Of a stretch of 64,000 bases of DNA, positions 60,903 to 64,000 are shown piece after piece. The DNA is from Longimicrobiales bacterium (GTDB taxonomy: Bacteria; Gemmatimonadota; Gemmatimonadetes; Longimicrobiales; Gaopeijiaceae), in assembly GCA_965238005.1 (NCBI GenBank), contig OZ250165.1:2560001-2624000 (forward strand), written 5' to 3'. The translations under genes and the position numbers were made by a program. Position 1 is the stretch's first letter. Every line of letters begins with the position of its first letter. The notes beneath the pieces were generated by a model. That model saw only the letters and a list, made by a program, of their open reading frames with translations. It was not told the DNA's origin and searched no databases.

Positions 60903-62993
60903 TCAGCCGACCGAGAAAAGCTTGAGGCGCTCCGCGTAGCGGTGATCCATGAGGCCGCGGATACGAGACACGCCCTCGCCCTCCAGCTCCGGGTCGGTTT
61001 CCACCAGAGCCCGAGCTCGTGTCTGTGCCTCCACGAGCAGCCCCTCGTCCCTCGACAGGTCGGCGAATCGAAGGATGGCGTCGCGACCGTGCTGCTGAGG
61101 TCCGAAGAGATCTCCCTGCCCCCGGATGCGCAGGTCCGCCTGGGCCACCGCGAAGCCATCGGACGTGTCCCTCAAGACCTTCAAGCGCTCCGCCGCCAGC
61201 TCGCCGGGCTCGGCGATGAGGATGCAATGGCTCTTCGACGGCCCGCGGCCGACCCGGCCGCGGAGCTGGTGGAGCTGCGACAGCCCGAAGCGCTCGGCGT
61301 GCTCGATGACCATCACGCTGGCGTTGGGGACGTCGATGCCCACTTCGATCACCGTGGTCGCCACAAGGATGTCCAGGTCACCGGCGAGGAACGCCCGCAT
61401 CACCCGATCCTTCTCGTCACTGGGAAGCTGACCGTGAATCAAGGCGACCCGCCGCTCCGGGAAGACCTTGCTGGCGAGACGCTCGTGCTCCTCCGTCGCC
61501 GAGCGCAGATCCACCTTGTCCGACTCGTCCACCAGCGGATAGACCACGTACGCCTGCCGGCCCGCCTCGAGCTCGGACTCGAGGAACCGGTAGACATCGT
61601 CCCGCTTGCTCGGGTAGCGGAGGAGCGTCTCCACCGGCTTCCGATCCGGTGGGAGCTCGCTGAGAATCGACAGATCCAGATCCCCATAAAGGGCCATGGC
61701 CAGAGACCGAGGGATGGGCGTGGCAGACATGATGAGTGCGTCGGGCCGTACCTCACGCTCACCGAGGACCATGCGCTGGCGGACTCCGAACCGGTGTTGC
61801 TCATCCACGACCATCAGGCCCAGATCGGAGAACTCCACCCCCTCCTGTATCAGCGCATGGGTGCCCACAATCAGACGCGCGCTCCCGTCCTTCAGGGCCG
61901 TCATGGTCTCTCTTCGCTCGGCGGCGCCCAACCGCCCGGTGAGCAGGTGGATCTGGAGATCCAGCGGCTCCACGAGCGTACCCAGCTTCCTGGCGTGCTG
62001 CTCCGCCAGGAGCTCCGTGGGAGCCATCAGCACCGCCTGAAATCCCCCTTCCACGGCCAGGAGCATGGCGAAGAGTGCAACGATGGTCTTCCCCGACCCC
62101 ACGTCGCCCTGAAGCATGCGGTTCATGCGACGGCTGGACCCCATGTCGGCGTAGATCTCCCTGAGGACCCGAGCCTGGGCGTCCGTCAGGCTGAACGACA
62201 GCGATTCATGCAGGGAGCGGATGAGCTCGTTCGTGCGCTCGAACACGATCCCGGGCACCTGAACCGATTCCCTGTACCGGACCTGGGCCTGGACCAGCTG
62301 CAGAAAGAACAGCTCGTCGAACGCCAGACGGCGACGGGCCGCCTCTACACTGCCCATGGACGCCGGACGGTGAAGCACGTCCAGTGCCTCCCCGAGTCCC
62401 GGCAGGCGGAGCCCGCTCTGCTCCGACGCGGTCAGGTACTCCTCCTCGGGCACTTCTCCAAGGAGTGCGTCCAGGTTATTCTCGAAAAGCCCCCTGAGGA
62501 CCCACTGTGGCACTTCCTCGCTCGCGGGGTACGTCACGAAGACGTGTCCGTGGTCACCCACGATGGGAGATTCGTCCGACGCCCGGGCCAGCACGGTGAA
62601 CTCCCTGGGTCGGAGCTGCCGCCCGTGGAAGAACCTCACCGGGCCGGTCACGAGGAGGAGGTCCCCCTCCCGGAGCTTCCGCTCCAACCACGGCTGCCCG
62701 GGCCAGGCGCACGTGATCATCCCCGAGTCGTCCTGGACGACGGCCTGGAAGATCCGGAGCCCCTTCCGGGTGGGGATCACGCCCTTGGAGCGAACACGAC
62801 CGACCGCCGTGACGTCCGCTCCCACAGCCAGGTCGGCGATGGGCTGAACCGTGGAGGCGTCGTCGTAGCGGCGAGGCACGTGATACAGGAGGTCCCGGGC
62901 CGTGGCGATCCCCATGCGTCCTAGGGCCCCGGCACGCACCGGGCCGACACCCTTCAGAAACTGGACTGGGCGGTCCAGCTTGAAGAAGCTCAC
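60903..62993 (-). CDS. recG: ATP-dependent DNA helicase RecG
   Basis: GDVGSGKT, DEQHRFGV.QR, SATPIPR, QLHQLRGRVGRG and the TRG motif. Confidence 0.98.
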   Translation of the reverse strand: MSFFKLDRPVQFLKGVGPVRAGALGRMGIATARDLLYHVPRRYDDASTVQPIADLAVGADVTAVGRVRSKGVIPTRKGLRIFQAVVQDDSGMITCAWPGQPWLERKLREGDLLLVTGPVRFFHGRQLRPREFTVLARASDESPIVGDHGHVFVTYPASEEVPQWVLRGLFENNLDALLGEVPEEEYLTASEQSGLRLPGLGEALDVLHRPASMGSVEAARRRLAFDELFFLQLVQAQVRYRESVQVPGIVFERTNELIRSLHESLSFSLTDAQARVLREIYADMGSSRRMNRMLQGDVGSGKTIVALFAMLLAVEGGFQAVLMAPTELLAEQHARKLGTLVEPLDLQIHLLTGRLGAAERRETMTALKDGSARLIVGTHALIQEGVEFSDLGLMVVDEQHRFGVRQRMVLGEREVRPDALIMSATPIPRSLAMALYGDLDLSILSELPPDRKPVETLLRYPSKRDDVYRFLESELEAGRQAYVVYPLVDESDKVDLRSATEEHERLASKVFPERRVALIHGQLPSDEKDRVMRAFLAGDLDILVATTVIEVGIDVPNASVMVIEHAERFGLSQLHQLRGRVGRGPSKSHCILIAEPGELAAERLKVLRDTSDGFAVAQADLRIRGQGDLFGPQQHGRDAILRFADLSRDEGLLVEAQTRARALVETDPELEGEGVSRIRGLMDHRYAERLKLFSVG

Positions 62994-63913
62994 TCCTCGA
63001 ACACCCCTTCGATGAAGTCGTTCGGGTCGAACGCCGCCAGGTCGTCGATCCCCTCACCCAGGCCCACCAGCTTGACCGGCAGCCCGAACTCCTGCTGAAG
63101 GCCGACGACGATGCCCCCCCGGGCGGTGCTGTCCAGCTTGGCGAGGATGATACCCGAGAGGTCCACGATTTCCCGGAAGGCCCGAACCTGAGAGATGGCG
63201 TTCTGGCCCACGGTGGCGTCCAGAACGATGAGGGACTCGTGGGGCGCCCCCTCACAGCGACGCCTGATGACCCGATCCACCTTCCCCAGCTCCTCCATGA
63301 GGCCCCGCTGAGTGTGGAGACGCCCCGCCGTGTCCACCAGGACCACATCGATCCCTCTCGCCTCGGCGGCATCGATGGCGTCGAAGGCCACGGCGGCCGG
63401 GTCGCCGCCCTGCTGGCCTGCGACGAAGTCGGCTCCGACGCGCTCCGACCACTGGCGGAGCTGCTCTACCGCCCCCGCCCGGAAGGTGTCGGCGGCGGCC
63501 ACGAGCACGCTCTTGCCCTCTTTCCTGATCCAGTGGGCGAGCTTCGCTACGCACGTGGTCTTGCCGACCCCGTTGACACCGACCACAAGGTATACCGTGG
63601 GGCCTTCTTCGGCCGCGTGGAGGTACGACCCGGTGGCCGGTTCCAGGATCCGGGACATCTCGTCCTTGAGGGCCGCCCGAAGCTCCTTGCCTCCTCTGAC
63701 CTTCCCTCTCCGGGCCAAGCCGTCGACGTGATCCACGAGGCGCATGGTGGCGTCGACTCCGAAGTCGGAAGCGAGAAGGCGTTCCTCCAAGGACTCCACC
63801 GATTCATGGTCCACACCCCCCACGGCCACCCGGAGGTCGGTCAGCGCGAGGTCCACCGCCCTCCGCCAAAGTCCCGTCCTACGCTCTTTCTTCCGTTTGA
63901 ACAGTCGGGCCAT
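62990..63913 (-). CDS. ftsY: SRP receptor FtsY
   Basis: GVNGVGKTT, DTFRAGA, DTAGR, KLDSTARGG and GLGE. Confidence 0.97.
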   Translation of the reverse strand: MARLFKRKKERRTGLWRRAVDLALTDLRVAVGGVDHESVESLEERLLASDFGVDATMRLVDHVDGLARRGKVRGGKELRAALKDEMSRILEPATGSYLHAAEEGPTVYLVVGVNGVGKTTCVAKLAHWIRKEGKSVLVAAADTFRAGAVEQLRQWSERVGADFVAGQQGGDPAAVAFDAIDAAEARGIDVVLVDTAGRLHTQRGLMEELGKVDRVIRRRCEGAPHESLIVLDATVGQNAISQVRAFREIVDLSGIILAKLDSTARGGIVVGLQQEFGLPVKLVGLGEGIDDLAAFDPNDFIEGVFEE

Positions 63914-63919
63914 ACGGCG

Positions 63920-64000
63920 CTAGCGAAGCCCCCAGCGCCGGCGGCCGATCCACTCCGCCGACAAGAGGACGATGATCAGGAGGTAGGGGAACGGGTGCGT
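63920..64000 (-). CDS. C-terminus of a membrane protein (runs in from outside window)
   Basis: Manual translation THPFPYLLIIVLLSAEWIGRRRWGLR*: a TM helix plus EWxxRRxxGL tail, as seen in VWA-associated membrane proteins. Confidence 0.6.
   Translation of the reverse strand, partial: THPFPYLLIIVLLSAEWIGRRRWGLR

Noticed and set aside
60858..62924. 688 aa plus-strand ORF
   Set aside because: Antisense shadow of recG.

Overview
GC-rich bacterial chromosome segment made mostly of housekeeping operons. Gene order and protein character suggest Gemmatimonadota, which is inference only. Contents: aspS-phoH-7TM/HD-ybeY-mgtE-ubiB-like-(meaB); rlmN; yqeK-lytR-C-lepB; an rqcH/NFACT gene split by an IS3; a trp cluster (trpD | trpC-trpF-trpB-HEAT-HD-GYP-trpA) with lexA and an IS1182 between trpD and trpC; a long truA-fsa-degP-purB-purC-psd-pssA-purSQLF-add run; a ~1050 aa S-layer-like lipoprotein gene with an internal TAA; fbp; an IS256; a DUF222/HNH gene; alr-cdd-lipoprotein-beta-barrel-mtaB-miaB-lapA-comEC; mazG; a frameshifted outer-membrane gene; msrP with an internal TGA; and ftsY-recG-asnS. 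All three IS elements are complete, with terminal inverted repeats and target duplications readable in the sequence. Most notable: (1) a coupled HEAT-repeat + HD-GYP pair sharing a paralogous N-terminal domain inside the trp operon; (2) tandem GTTC-N7-GTTC-type candidate LexA boxes in the divergent lexA/trpC promoter, with a further copy upstream of the surface-protein gene; (3) a dispersed CTAG-ended short repeat/MITE family; (4) several single-lesion gene disruptions that may be real or assembly errors. No rRNA, tRNA or CRISPR array was recognised.
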